Shown here one piece after another: positions 38,701-51,179 of a stretch of 64,000 nt of DNA. The DNA comes from Octopus vulgaris. Taxonomy: Eukaryota. Both the position numbers and the translations under genes were made by a program. The stretch is from the NCBI GenBank assembly GCA_951406725.2, contig OX597814.1, positions 137,206,001 through 137,270,000 on the forward strand. The letters are read 5' to 3'. The notes under the pieces were generated by a model. It had not been told where the DNA came from and made no database searches. It worked only from the letters and a program-made list of their open reading frames with translations. The number at the start of each line of letters is the position of its first letter. The stretch's first letter is position 1.

Positions 38701-41700
38701 TTGCATGTGATCTTTCTATTCCTTGTCAGTCTACATAAATTCCAAAGAATGGAAAAAATGAGAAACAGTGGAAATTTTGCTTACCCAATAAATCAGTCAA
38801 GTTCTGCAAAACACCCAAGAAACTTGGAAGACTTTTCACTTCTCTATAAAATCCAGTTAGATTGTTACAGTTCTTTTTTATATCACCATATATAATTTGG
38901 ATTTCACGGTCCAATGACTGTAGAAATAACAAAAACAAAATTAAAACCAATAACATTAATAATACAAACATTTTAAGAATCATTCTAAAACAGTTGGACT
39001 GTACCTATAACCATCAAAAAGATGGCACCAAAGAAAATTAAGATATTGAATAATTCAAGATGTTAAACAAGAATGTACAGGAAGCTAGTATTGCATGTAG
39101 AGTTAGGTACAGGCTGAAGGTTTAAGAAGAATCCAACTGGACTTTGAGTTAAAGCCAATCAATTTACTAGATAATATATAAACTGAGATACTGATTAACT
39201 ATAATTTCAAAAGTAGAAAAAGGTAAAAAGGTTTATCGTTTATAATGTATCTATTTTGGCCTTCTAAAAGTTGATAGCAAAATAAATTAAAAGATTTCCC
39301 TTAACTCTGTAGAAATAGAAATTTGTGCAAGAAGCAAAGTTTGTGGGAAATATTTTTGTGCAAGAAATGAAACTATTTTTTACACAAAACTAAAAGTAAA
39401 ATAAGGAATTCCATTACCTCAGCTTTCTTGGCATTTTCTTCATTGGCTTTTTGTATATCTTTCCATAATAACTGATACCTGTAAGTAATGCCACATATCT
39501 TTTTATCACAGGAATTTCTGATTGATCCACAATCATATTTATGAATAAGCCACTTCTTTTAAAAGCAAGATTCACATCATCTTTTATTATTATTTTTATA
39601 TTCTCTAAAAATATCTTAACCTGTTATTCAGTTCAACTGAATAAAACAAATAAGGCTTGTCCTGATATAATACTATTTGCATACTTTAAACTCATAATGT
39701 ATTGTTGTTACTTTTGAAAGACAGGGAGATGGTATATCATGAGTATGATAAACCAGATTATTGATTATTCCGGTATAAGGATCTTACTGTCTTTACAAGA
39801 AAATAATTTAGGAAGCTCTTATTAAACCCTATTGATTCCACAGTAAATTTTTTTTTTTTTCATTTTGAAATGTTAGAATAATAAAATAATAAATAAACAA
39901 TGAATGATCTTTTACTTGATGCATTCTAGCATTGTTTTAAAGTTATTAACATCAAAGTTACAGGCAAGAAAATTGACTAATAAAATGAACCTTGAACAAG
40001 CCATTTGTCATTTTCAAACACCATCATTTTGCCACAGTACATTAACCTCATGTTCTTAATGGCAATGTATATTTTCATTCCAAAAATGTATTTAATATAC
40101 TTGGCTGTTTGTTCGTAACCCATTTTTATAGCTATCAAATAAATATAAATTACAATACATCATAGAAAACTTAATAACAGCTAGTAGCATATTTACAAGG
40201 TATTCTAAATCTTGAACATACAAGTTTATTTTCACATGTATTTTTTTAATAAGTAAATGAAAAGACTGCGAGAAGTAATGTAAAATTGAACACTTTCAGT
40301 ACATACTTGTAAAGAAGATCAGCTCCTGCATCATAGTTTACATGGTCTACAGGATTCACTTTCTTAACAGGAGTCAGAACCTCCTGATTTTTGATGAGGT
40401 TGATCCTGTTGAAGAGGAGGAAAAAATATTAGTTGCCAGCGTATTATTCAAATATGAATCAAGATTTGTGACACATGTCAGGGAAGTTCTCTAATCAAAT
40501 AACTATTGTTTTAGAAAGGGAGTTGATTAACATTTACCACTCAAAATACCTCTGGAATTCACATATCACCTATTTCCCCCTCAACTACTGAGCTTCAAAA
40601 GGTAAAGCTGAAAATTAACCCTACAAACTTAACCCAGTTGCTCAGCAGTCTAGAAAGACTATGATCTTCTTGGATTAAATTTAAGAAGAGAAAAAAGAGA
40701 TATTTTGGTCAATTTTCAATGATTTACAAAGTGAGACTCAAACTGAATAATTTAAAAAAACAGGGTCGTAGACAGTTTAGTAGGTGCAGTTATTTTAATT
40801 AGAGATTTGTGTTCTTACATCATTTAGACTCTACAACTGGATATAGTTAAGTACTATAGTCAATTAAGTCAAACCTAATAATACATAGAGATCAAAGAAA
40901 ACTATGGACCATTCCAAGTCATTCGTCCAACTACCTGCAAGTCATAAGATTGATCTGAGCACCCCAGAGGTGACATGGGGTTATACAATAACACATTTTT
41001 CGATTTACAACAGCAAAAATTTTATTTTATTGTACATCAAACTCTTACAAGAAGCTACATCCATACTTCATTGCAGTACAAAGCATACTAACTTCATTAA
41101 TCTCTATCAATACATGGAAAAATTATTGCTGCAACAAGCTTTGAAGTAATAGTTGAATTTATAACTGATGACATATTTATAACATTAAAATTAGTATTTC
41201 TCATATCATCAAAATTTACATTGGCTGCATGGCTTTTAACAAACATATCAATCAGTTCTTTGAATATATATAATACAAGACAGTTAAGATTCACAGAAAA
41301 TTTGTCACTATAGAACAGACCAAGGTTCATATAAACACCATTATTTCTAAAGTTCAATCAGAACATTTTTCTTTTTATGTTGATATGCATTCTCAACCAT
41401 TTTTTTTTATCTATGGACCCTTTTGATTACTATTTTATTTGAGTGGACCTCCATAGCTAGTCAATGTTTAAAAACTAATCTTATAGGAACTGCTTTCAAA
41501 ATTCCTATTTTGTTTTTCATACATTAACTTGTGTAGCTTGAACTATGTAAAATGTTAGAGAAAGAAACCTATCTGTTTCTTGCAATACATATCAATACAT
41601 ACATCTAAAGCAAAATTTTTTCAGGGGCCTTTAAAATACTATTGTGACCCCCCACCAATTACTATTTTGTTATGTGGACCCCTACCCCAAATCTTATATG

Positions 41701-44700
41701 GACCCTTAGGAGCCATATGGATCTTGATTGAGAATCACTGGAGTAGATAAATGAATAATAGTGTCTATACATGTATATGTGTTTTTCTATTTTACCTGAA
41801 ACCTCCCTTACAAACCTACCTTTATTACAAGTATCTTCCACTCACAATACAGGAATCGCACAACCAACAATAACCATTTGCATCATATGTCCATACTAGC
41901 ATAGCTACTTCTGTACATACAATATAATACCCTTCGCATCTAACAATGTTCTTAGCCCGCTTACACAATCTTTCTCATATAAGTAAATCACATCTTATTT
42001 CATTCTTTCACTGCAACATCAATGTTTCAAGCCATTGACTAAACTTTAAAACTGTGCATGTGCTTGTTTACACTGCTATGTATACCTATATGAGTCCTAT
42101 CTTGTATTTGAATGGTCAAATACAGAAATATAGAAAAGCAGGCATAATTGCTTAAATCAACTCAGAATTGTGAAACACATCACTTCCATTAGCCTCAAGA
42201 ATAATTAAGTAACCCAGCCTTTCTCCATACATATAAACTACAACAAAGCCTAATTGCTGAGATGTAAACGACTTCATTATCAATTTTTGGTTATGTAGCA
42301 GCAATTTAAGACTTGATAAGGAAACACTGTCTCCCATAAGTTCAACTACTTTCATATCTCTGATCATTCAAAAACACCCTTAAATATAGAACATATAGTC
42401 AAAAGTGCTTGATGTGAAGTAGAACAACATTAAAAGACAAGTCTCCAGTACATCTGGTCTGTGGAAGTCATGCTGGTGGTTACAATGGAAGGCAAGCTAC
42501 TCAAGGTGATTGTGGATAACTTTCTGTTTCCTTTAAGTTATATGAGGTGAGTGCAATAGGTGAGAGAGATGCAAGGCTGCACTTTTTCATGAAGAGAAAT
42601 ATTGTATTTCCAAAGATTGAGAAAGGCTCCTGTAGAGAGAGAGAGAGAGAGAGAGGTTGATGAGCTTGGTAAGGATAAAGACTAGTCCTGGAACATACGA
42701 CTGAGAATTATGGAAGGGTTATTATCAGGAAAAGTCACCTGTTGGGTTATAGTGATTAAAGGAGCTTTTATATTAGGTGGTTGCATATGCATGATTAAAG
42801 AGAGTGTAGGTGGAATTTTGTTGAGTGATGTATTACGGAGATAGAAGGGGAGTGCGCATCAAATTGGGAAACTTCTTCAGCTGATGTGTTGCTAACTTAA
42901 CCATCTAGATTGAAAAATAGGAGTTGGAGTATTCTGCAAAGTTGATGGTGTCAGATAACTAGAAATTTCTGTCAGAGAACAAGTAATCTCTGCTGTAATA
43001 TGGTAGGGAGGAGAGCATGCAGATTGTGTAACACAATAAGACATCCTTTGCTTTGCTGATGTTAGTTTTGCAGTTTTGGGTAAAAGCATCCCAGTTGAAG
43101 GTAGTGATGTCCATACTGCTACAAAACAGTTTAAGTGAGCCACTTAGGGTTTTGGGTAGTTATATGGAGAATGAGAAGGGATATACCTAGGAAGATGGTT
43201 TCAGTCACCCAGTGTTAGATTAGTTTGTGTGAAACATTTTCTGCCAGAAACAGACAGCCTAAAAGTAGCAAAACTCTGACATAATTTTCAGATTTGACAT
43301 ACCAGCCATTCAACGTATTGGCTTTAATAGACAGTGATCAAACTATTCATGAAACAAATCATGGATGTTTGTTATGTCTGACATATATGTTGGGAGTGGA
43401 TAATTGGTGCAGAGAGTTGATGGCTACAAACAATTCAGCCTTTACTTCAACAGTGGCAGTGAAGGAGGAGTGTGAGATCCATGGTGTTGATTGAATTGAA
43501 ATGCCTAAGACCAATAATTTCAGAAAGACGTGAGGTGAGATAAAAGTGTTCCATGCAGATAATATGCCCAGATGATGGATACTTCGTATATATATATATA
43601 TATATATAAGGATATTATTGTTTACAATAATATCAAGTGGTACAGCATGCGTAAATAACATCAATTAATGTGTATCAGTGAAAATTTATGGTTGTAGCCG
43701 TCTTCTGGCTGCGATTTTTAGCGTGCTTGTGCCACTTGTAGCACCCTCAATTATTAATATATATATAATCAGGCAGTCTCTCAATGACGTACACTAACAA
43801 CAATTTATAAACATTCTTACAACAATTTTTAACATTTCCTTGATGTCTAGTAATCAAGAGAATTATTTGATATTCCTATTTACCCCATGTGAACAAAGAA
43901 TTATAAAATATATACAATGGGTTAAGATTTCCTAAGCTGATGGATCATCTTTTCTTTTCATGACACATCAGCATAGACCACTATTTATCTGTGTGCATAT
44001 GCGTTGCTAAAATAGACTATTTTCAACAAATTATAGTTATTAAGAGCAAACCTCTGTCCAAAGGTGCTCCAACCAGGACCATCTTGTCTTTTAAGGGGTA
44101 TTTAGAACCATATTATCCAACGTATTCGTCCAACTATCCAATGCCGTCTTAAGGCATTGAACAGTTACCCAGGAGCCCCACAGGTTTGGGGCCCAATTCC
44201 GATCTGTGTACGCTTCGCCTTGTTGACAATAAATACATTCATCTGCCCACGAGCCAACAATGTTGCTAAAATGACCCTGCCACAACCACCACCTTTTCCC
44301 CTTCATGATAGAAGGGTAATTTTAATAAGATATGGCTGCTATTTCTGGCTTATCGAGCGACTGTCTGGTTTCAAATTCTGATTAAGGTTTCCCTAAATTA
44401 GTTACACCGGTTATCTATAAAATGTCCCAGTAAATATAGTCAGTCGTAAGGTGTTTAATAACTGTAACCAACAGTTACTTTAAACACTGATGTAGCTCAA
44501 TATCATAAAAAATAGTATATTTCTTTTAGAAGTAAGAAACAAAAAGAATTCAACTTTCTATACGTTTTAAGTTTCTGATTGTTACTTTCTATTCATTTCT
44601 CCCTTCCAGTTGCACTTTTATTGTACTTTTATTTAGTTCTGTTTGGCTACGAAGTTACCCTATGGATAATTGGAGTTGGTATTCATGCCGTTACAAATAA

Positions 44701-45795
44701 TAATAATAAATAAATAACTACCGAAAGATACTGAGTATACATTCATTAAGAATTAGTTATTTGTCGAATCCATTATTTTAAAGACATAATTTCGTTTGTA
44801 GCTTAACTCGCTCTTTACACTTAGCTTCAGCTTTACGTTACTCACTATTTCAAATCATATCCTTTAGTCTTAAAAAGAAAAAAGGAAAGAAGTTAGCATG
44901 GACATATAAAAAGATGAGGTGGTCATAGGTGGAACTCAGATATGTCTGCTTGATCAGTACTGACCTACGAGTTAAAAACAACACACTGCGAGCAGAAAAC
45001 AGGTGTTAGTAACACTTACGCATCTCCAACTAAAGACAATATAAAATTTATTAACGAACAACAAAAAAATGTCACAAAGCATAAAAGGCTTCGTTACGAA
45101 AGCACTAAATCCACATAAATTTGGCAAGACAACTGTGATCAGATCACATCCTGCTCCATTCATAACCTCAAACTTGCCTTCTTGCTCACAGTGTTAGAAC
45201 AAGCATATATGATCGAAGACATTCCAGCTGTGACCGTCCTCTGTAAATCGAACGCTACAATATCTAATGTAATTTCATTTCAGGCGATAGGGCATAATTT
45301 CAGAGGGATTTAGCTGCCATTTCTAGCAGGTCGAGTTACTGAGATGTGAATAAATATATAGCAGCATTATTAGATGAAAAGCTACCAAACTTAACTAACA
45401 TCCTTTTTTTCTTTGAAAATTATACTGTAAACAAGCAAAACCAAAATAAAGAGAAGGGGTGTTTTGAAATTACGAAAAAGAAGAAAAAAAAATCATTTTG
45501 TAGATATAAATATTAAATGACTTGTCATATCTAACCCAAGATCCTGCAGAATTCAACAACGAATAAAGCTTTCCTCCTGTTATTAACTAAAACGAAAGAA
45601 CTAAGTCTAATTATAAATAATACACACCCATAAGTAAAAACGAAAGATGTACAGAACAAATACACGAGTTGAAATGAAACTGAATTGCCAGAAACAATCA
45701 CCGAATAGAAAATATACTAATTAGATAGAATACCCAGCTGATAAATCCTGCTGAACGGTATGGAATTTATCCTTAATCACTTCGAAAACACTCAT
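31381..45795 (-). CDS. DTNBP1: Dysbindin / BLOC-1 subunit 8 (whole gene span, 7 coding exons, ~360 aa)
   Basis: Spliced ORF of 1083 nt. N-terminus MSVFEVIKDKFHTVQQDLSAG resembles the dysbindin ...VQQDFTSG start; GADLLYKYQLLW, coiled-coil middle, LRERSETFEEAFQNDLDYYRTHG dysbindin-domain motif, acidic tail. Confidence 0.9.
34680..34951 (+). mobile_element. tRNA-headed SINE with hammerhead-like core, flanked by a 10-bp TSD
   Basis: A-box TGGCATAGTGG, B-box GAGTTCGATTCC, TSD AGTGAAGTGG at 34670-34679 and 34952-34961. Confidence 0.8.
34832..34876 (+). ncRNA. Minimal type I hammerhead-ribozyme-like motif (probably degenerate in this copy)
   Basis: CTGAAGA (34837-34843), T, GGCTG/CAGCC stem II, GAAAC; weak stem I (gaca/tgtt). 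Confidence 0.55.
35506..35646 (-). CDS. DTNBP1: DTNBP1 coding exon 6 (QKNVELAV...LRERSETFEEAFQNDLDYYRTHGHMN)
   Basis: tttcag/gtatgt boundaries; dysbindin-domain motif. Confidence 0.9.
36265..36484. mobile_element. piggyBac-type MITE; related copy in opposite orientation at ~62442-62660
   Basis: TTAA|CCCTTTAG ... CTAAAGGA|TTAA termini; internal ccagccatatccagcccaaatatt matches the 62.6-kb copy in reverse. Confidence 0.65.
37210..37365 (-). CDS. DTNBP1: DTNBP1 coding exon 5 (CLEESCDSVESALVRLENV...ELKRLA)
   Basis: atgtag/gtaaga boundaries, 156 nt, coiled coil. Confidence 0.88.
37700..38390 (+). mobile_element. Decayed 3' portion of an RTE-like LINE
   Basis: Remnant RTE C-terminal-like peptides (HCWRVKQDLVSD...YGHT...HP), many stops. 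Confidence 0.4.
38785..38917 (-). CDS. DTNBP1: DTNBP1 coding exon 4 (SLDREIQII...NLTDLL)
   Basis: ctacag/gtaagc boundaries, 133 nt. Confidence 0.88.
39418..39478 (-). CDS. DTNBP1: DTNBP1 coding exon 3 (YQLLWKDIQKANEENAKKAE)
   Basis: ttacag/gtaatg boundaries, 61 nt. Confidence 0.87.
40307..40405 (-). CDS. DTNBP1: DTNBP1 coding exon 2 (INLIKNQEV...YDAGADLLY)
   Basis: caacag/gtatgt boundaries on minus strand, phase 2/2. Confidence 0.85.
41387..41740. mobile_element. hAT-type MITE, opposite orientation to the 57158-58480 copy
   Basis: Ends ...TTCTCAAC / TTGAGAATCACTG; internal ggaccc/ccatatgg motifs shared with the 57-kb copy. Confidence 0.55.
45734..45795 (-). CDS. DTNBP1: DTNBP1 coding exon 1 (MSVFEVIKDKFHTVQQDLSAG)
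   Basis: ATG at 45795, donor gtattc, phase 2. Confidence 0.87.
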
Positions 45796-45859
45796 CACTG
45801 GTTTGTTGTCGTTTCACGAACTCATAAATCCGTTCATCTTTGATGGCATATGACCTCTT

Positions 45860-45892
45860 ATCACGTGACCAGGTTTGCGTAGATCACATGAC
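45860..45892. promoter_or_regulatory. Paired E-boxes in the DTNBP1 promoter: CLEAR-type TCACGTGAC (45861-45869) and M-box-type TCACATGAC (45884-45892)
   Basis: Exact motifs 65-100 nt upstream of the ATG, in a CpG-richer promoter-like patch; match MiT/TFE (TFEB/MITF) consensus. Confidence 0.6.
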
Positions 45893-47299
45893 AAGGATTA
45901 ATCCTCTTCGAATTAGATTTGTAACTTGAATGGTTTAAGGTGGAAACTTTAGGTCAGTCGTGGGTAACTTGCGGCTCGCGGGACTTTCTGAATGGCACGC
46001 CTAACGAAAAATTACCATGAATTCTTTTAGTAGTGCGGGCCGCCTGATAATGAACTGTGTCTCATGCGGTTAGCTTCTCGAAAAAAGTTGCTTATACCTA
46101 TTTTAAAGTGTATGATTATGAGATGTTCATGCTTTTCCTATGAATTATAACAGAGTTAATATTGTTTGAAGTGGGATGGACTGCCTTGCTCTAAATACTC
46201 TACTAAAACAACATCTTCAGATTCAATTCTGTGTTTGTTTAATTTCACTTGGAAAAATCTGTCTTGTCAGGTTTCAAAAGTAAGGAACTATATGACTTTA
46301 AATCAATTAAGTTCCAAAGTTTCAGTTGTCTTTGCTGCTCTTAGGAGAAAGGACTCTTGGGCTGTCTTGCTTAAAATATGTTATAGGAAAAGGGCAGGGT
46401 TTAAATATTTGATTTTCATATTTTAGGCTCTTTGTAATCGAAAGTGAAGTGAAAGTAGTGTTGTTTTTTGTATGCGCTTTATCAAACTGAAAAGTCCGAC
46501 CACACCGCTAATATAAAGTCGGCGACACGGTTTACAACTGTGATTCGCCCTATCAAGTGATATTCGCTTGGAGCCATGGGGAATACGCCCCTCAGAATTC
46601 AGGGAATTATGTGTCTTAGCAATGAACACTGTTTATTTTATCACCTGTTATACGGAACTTTCGTTTGATTAGTGGAATTGTATTAATTAGGAAAGTTTGG
46701 TTCAAAAAAATCTTTGCTTTCGTTTTTGTTACCACTGATGAAGCTATGGCAAAGCTTATATTCCCATCCGGTCTGTCTGGAGTGACAAACGTGTTCGGAC
46801 AGGAAGATGTTCGGTTAATATTTACTAGTGGCCGTGTTTAACTTCGTATAACTACAGTTTGGGGCCTCGGCCGACTCTGACTCCTCGTAGATAATTTGAA
46901 TGCATATTTTTTAATGAAATTTCGCAGAGATACGCCTTCAAGGACATAGATTGCAATTTGTTAACAAGGCTTAAAAAAAACTGAGAGCAAAGTATCAGAT
47001 CACTCAATCACCATTAACTCACTGAGTTGCTGAAGCAGAAATATCATTATAGCAAATGTGCAAATATTCTGCTCAATATCACAGATTTGCTTGTCAATTG
47101 CTTGACCTTAACCGCGTAGTGGCTGACAAAATGTGCATCAGTGATCATGAACAGCTGTAGTGGGAGAGTATCATAGCCATGTATTGAGAAGTATTCTATG
47201 GGGTTTGAATAAATGTAACAAAAGCAAAGTTTGAAAGAAATATTAGTCATTTTTCATACTTTCTAGGAGTAAGTAAATAAGAAATAACAGTTGCTACCC

Positions 47300-49050
47300 A
47301 AAGACAAAAGTTATGTTACAGTGTTATTCATGCAACCAATGAAATGTGTCTTCAGTGACCAGCTCAACTGAAGTGACAGCAAACTCCTTGTGACAACTGT
47401 ATAGATTGCCAATTCAGCTATTTCATAAAAAAATAAAAGACCAAGACCTCCAAATCGTTTGGGCAATGCAGCCTGATCATGGGGTGACAAGGAGGGCAAG
47501 TTGGCATAGGCTCTGGTAACGTGGGCAGCAACTTCACATCTCAGTTTGGTTCCCGCTTCTAGCTAGGTAGGGGAAAATCCCTCCTCCAATAAGCTAGAGA
47601 CTGATTGTAAACACATCTTTGCAGAGAGACAGTGAAGGGTGCAGCTCCGTGCAATGGGGCACAGGTCTCCATTGGGTTTGGTGAGCCCAAATAATTTTGC
47701 ACCAAAGAATAGTGGGTGGATATAAGATAGGATGTTTGCTGAAGAGAACTGGTTCACAAACTGAGTCAAATTCTACAAGAGCTCAAGTCTGGCATCACTG
47801 GCCAATAAGGAGATACCATCCTTAAGATGTTGAGGCCATAGGCCATCGATTCCCACACCTGAACCAGCAGGGAAGGATCAAATCACCTTTCTGGTGTTAT
47901 CAGAGGTGAAGACCGGTCTCAAGTATTCTAGGGGATTGGGCCAGTTTAGTTGATTATCAGAGGGTGCTGGTGGGTGCTTCTCTTTCAGACGTCTAAGAAA
48001 CTCAGAGTCACACGGAGTGAGGGAATATAGAGAAGAGAGGAGACAGACAGCCCCTTTTATGTCAAATTTGTTGAATTTAGCATTGACTGCATGCTTAAGG
48101 TTTATTAGTTGCCTGTCAGTAGGTACCATGCTCAATGTCAAATTGAGGTGAGAAGTAGTCAGAGTGGACTCAAATAGCTGGAACTGTCACTTGAGTGAGG
48201 ATGTAAGGGAGCTTGATTTCGTATCGTGCATGTGGAGAGAGAAGCGGGGGAACAGAAACAGTTTCTGCCAGTCTGATGTATTGTTGGATAAACATACATT
48301 TTTCAACAAGCTAGAGAACATCTGAGCAAGGCTATTCTGAGCTCCCTTAGGGATCCGGTTAATGAGCTTCAATAAAAACCCTGGAGGGCTGCAGCAAAGT
48401 CTTCAGTAGAGAGCTGGTTGTCAGAATGTGAGGTGTCTCCACAGAGTGCATCAGAGCTGAAGTGGCACAGACTGTATGTCCAGTATGGAAGACTTTCAGC
48501 TAGAGCCTTGATGATGTGGACACAACTCCTGTGGTAATTTTGGTAGCATAGGTGACAATTAGTTGTCTTCAAGTAACAGCTAGTGTGAACACAGAGAGCA
48601 CAGTCAGGTGGCAAGCTAGCATCAACTGACAGTAGAGGGCTAGCATTGGAACTCAGTTGAGGGAGTGCAGTATTGGTTCCAAAGGTGGGACTAGAACGGA
48701 GGTTGGGTGGTGTGGGAGTTAAAAGTTGTAGGGGTTGGCAAGGTTAATTCTGTTTCCATCGGTGGGGCTTGAACGAAGGTCAGATGGCGGTGTGTGGAGG
48801 AAGGGTTGAAAGTTGTAGGAGTGGTGGGGTTGGGAGGGTTAATTCCATTTGGAACCTGTGGTGGAGAGAAGTTAGCTTCTCTCAAGCATACCGAAGTTGG
48901 TGGAGAATGAGAGATCAGATGTTGATATATTGTCACATAGTCGCTCCACCAGGGAGGTCTCTTGGTCATTCGATGCATGCCTCTACTACGAAGAATGGAT
49001 AGGTTAAAGTGGTGGCAACCTCACCAATCAGCAGTCATTGGTGATTGGGA
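47300..49050 (-). mobile_element. Decayed CRE-clade non-LTR retrotransposon with PHD-like finger, RT core deleted
   Basis: Colinear frameshifted motifs RIPKGAQ, DIKGAVCLLSS, LKEKHP, SFPAGSGVGIDGLWPQHLKD, FFGAKLFGLTKPNGDLCPIA, QAALPKRFGGLGL. Confidence 0.75.
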
Positions 49051-49619
49051 GATAAAGAGCAACAAATATACAAAAATGAGAAAAAAAGAAGAAAAAAGAG
49101 GGTGAGAAGGAAAAACAAGAAAAGTGACAAAATTTTACAGAGCGCTATCAAAAAAGTTTAAAGAGTCACACACATGCAACTATTTGTGGCTTTGTCTCTA
49201 TGAGCAGTACTGAAGTCTGTAGCAAGGCTGTTCAGAAAAGGCAAATGCTACTTGTAATTATGTTCTATTAAATATTAATTTAATTTAATTTGTTTAAAAT
49301 AAAGTCATTTTATTAAATTTGTATCCTCATTTTTTTTTTCCATTATTCAAAAAATTCTTTAAATATATTCATTTGTAACTTTGTCTCTGTACAGTATTGA
49401 AATTACAGTACATACCTTATATCCAGAAAAGGCAAAGTTGCAATGCTTATCATTCATTTTTAATTTAATTTCTAAATGAGAATTAGTCAAATGAAAAAAT
49501 CAAAATTTTGTTTGAATTTTCTTGGAAATTTTTGAATTCAAAATGACTGCAAAAAATGGTAATTTTATATATTTTTAATTAAAATTTTACAGCAATGCCA
49601 GTAAAAACACTGGACAAGC

Positions 49620-49960
49620 CAATGAAAAATGCGGACGCATACTAACAATATTCTTAACAATTAAACCTGGAAAAGTAGAGAACAAGAAAAAGCTCATTAA
49701 AATTAGAGCTTAAAATATTGCTGCTAAAATTAAAATTCAAAATTTTTTTATTAATTCACTTAGTACAAAAAATAAAATTAAAAAAAGGAAAAGTGAAATT
49801 AATTGAATTTTTTAAAAATATGAAAAAGTACATAAGAGGTACTTTTTAATTTTAGCAGCAATATTTTAAGCTCTAATTTTAATGAGTGTTTTCTTGTTCT
49901 CTACATTTTCAGGTTTAATTGTTGAGAATATTGTTGGTATGCGTCCTGCATTTTTCATTG
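49620..49960. repeat. Inverted repeat, ~115-bp arms (49620-49735 / 49844-49960), AT-rich spacer
   Basis: ctcattaaaattagagcttaaaatattgctgctaaaattaaaa and its exact reverse complement, extending with a few mismatches. Confidence 0.85.
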
Positions 49961-49980
49961 ACTAGTATATATACATACAT

Positions 49981-50013
<33 letters not shown>

Positions 50014-50937
50014 CCTGTCTTTCCTTTTCCAGCTGGGGTAGCCATGTATCTCCAAGACACCTATTTAAACACTCTAATACTCTTACCTCTCATTACCTGG
50101 TCCAAAGCCACTTCCCTCAATACTACTCACTCCTCAGTTGAGGGGTCTTTTCTTGCAAGTTACATGGTGACTTTGCCATGCAAAAAGCACTCAGTACACT
50201 CTGTAAAGCAGTTGGCATTAGAAAGGGCATCCAGCTGTAGAAACCATGCCATAGCAGACAGTAGAGCTTCCAGTTACAAGAATAATCTCAGAGAGAGAAA
50301 GTTGAGGACCAAGAAATATTTTATTAAACATGGGTTTAAACAAATATATAGCCTTCAGCTGTAATAAGAAAAATAAATGTAGCAGGCTGAACTCTCAGTG
50401 TTTATAAGCTCATTAAAAGTTTTAAAATATTCCATAAGATCTTTAGGCGTAAAACCTGTACAAGACGATTGGTTGGAAAAAATGTCAGCAGATGTTATAA
50501 TAGAGTTCAAGAATATAACCAAAATTAACTTTGGTCAACACTACCAAATATAGTAATATTAATTGCTTGCAGCAACCATCTCCAATCAAATATAGTAAAA
50601 TTATATGTTGCCAAATATAGTAAAATTATACATCAGCAGTTTTGACATCCAAACTTAAACATTCCATGTTCAAATTTGAAGAAAGTTATTTGCAGTAAAC
50701 AATAAAATGGAGCGTGGAGCAGGGATAAAGAAATCAGTAAGTAAATAATTAAAATAGGATTATGCACATTCCTTCAATCATACATCATGCCGGGAGAAAC
50801 TAGTCGTCTCCTTTAGAACATTTTGGGATACCCCAAAATATGACATTACTGTGAATGACTGCAAGAATGGTGCAACAAAGTACTCTCCCAAAAATCATCT
50901 GAACTTCCAGTGAAGTGGAATAGTAAGGAATATATAA

Positions 50938-50973
<36 letters not shown>

Positions 50974-51179
50974 AAAGAGAAAGAGAGAAAGTAATAATGA
51001 GTGAATAAGAATATAGAAGGGTCAAAAAACGTAAAAATAATTGAAAATGAAACAAAATTGAAGGCAAAACACTAAAAATGATTGAAAGTGGGCAGAAAGA
51101 AACACTACGTAGTATAGTAGTACTATGTTAGGGTATCTGTAGAAAGTTGAATGTGATTTCGGAATATAACGAGGTAAAT

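Noticed and set aside
42420-43280. Purine-skewed tract, possibly an old LINE (similar at 33000-33950)
   Set aside because: Too decayed to read any diagnostic motif, so no call was made.
46735-46760. Second hammerhead-like core (CTGATGA AGC..GC AAA)
   Set aside because: GAAA is incomplete and no stem I or III can be built; at most a decayed relic.
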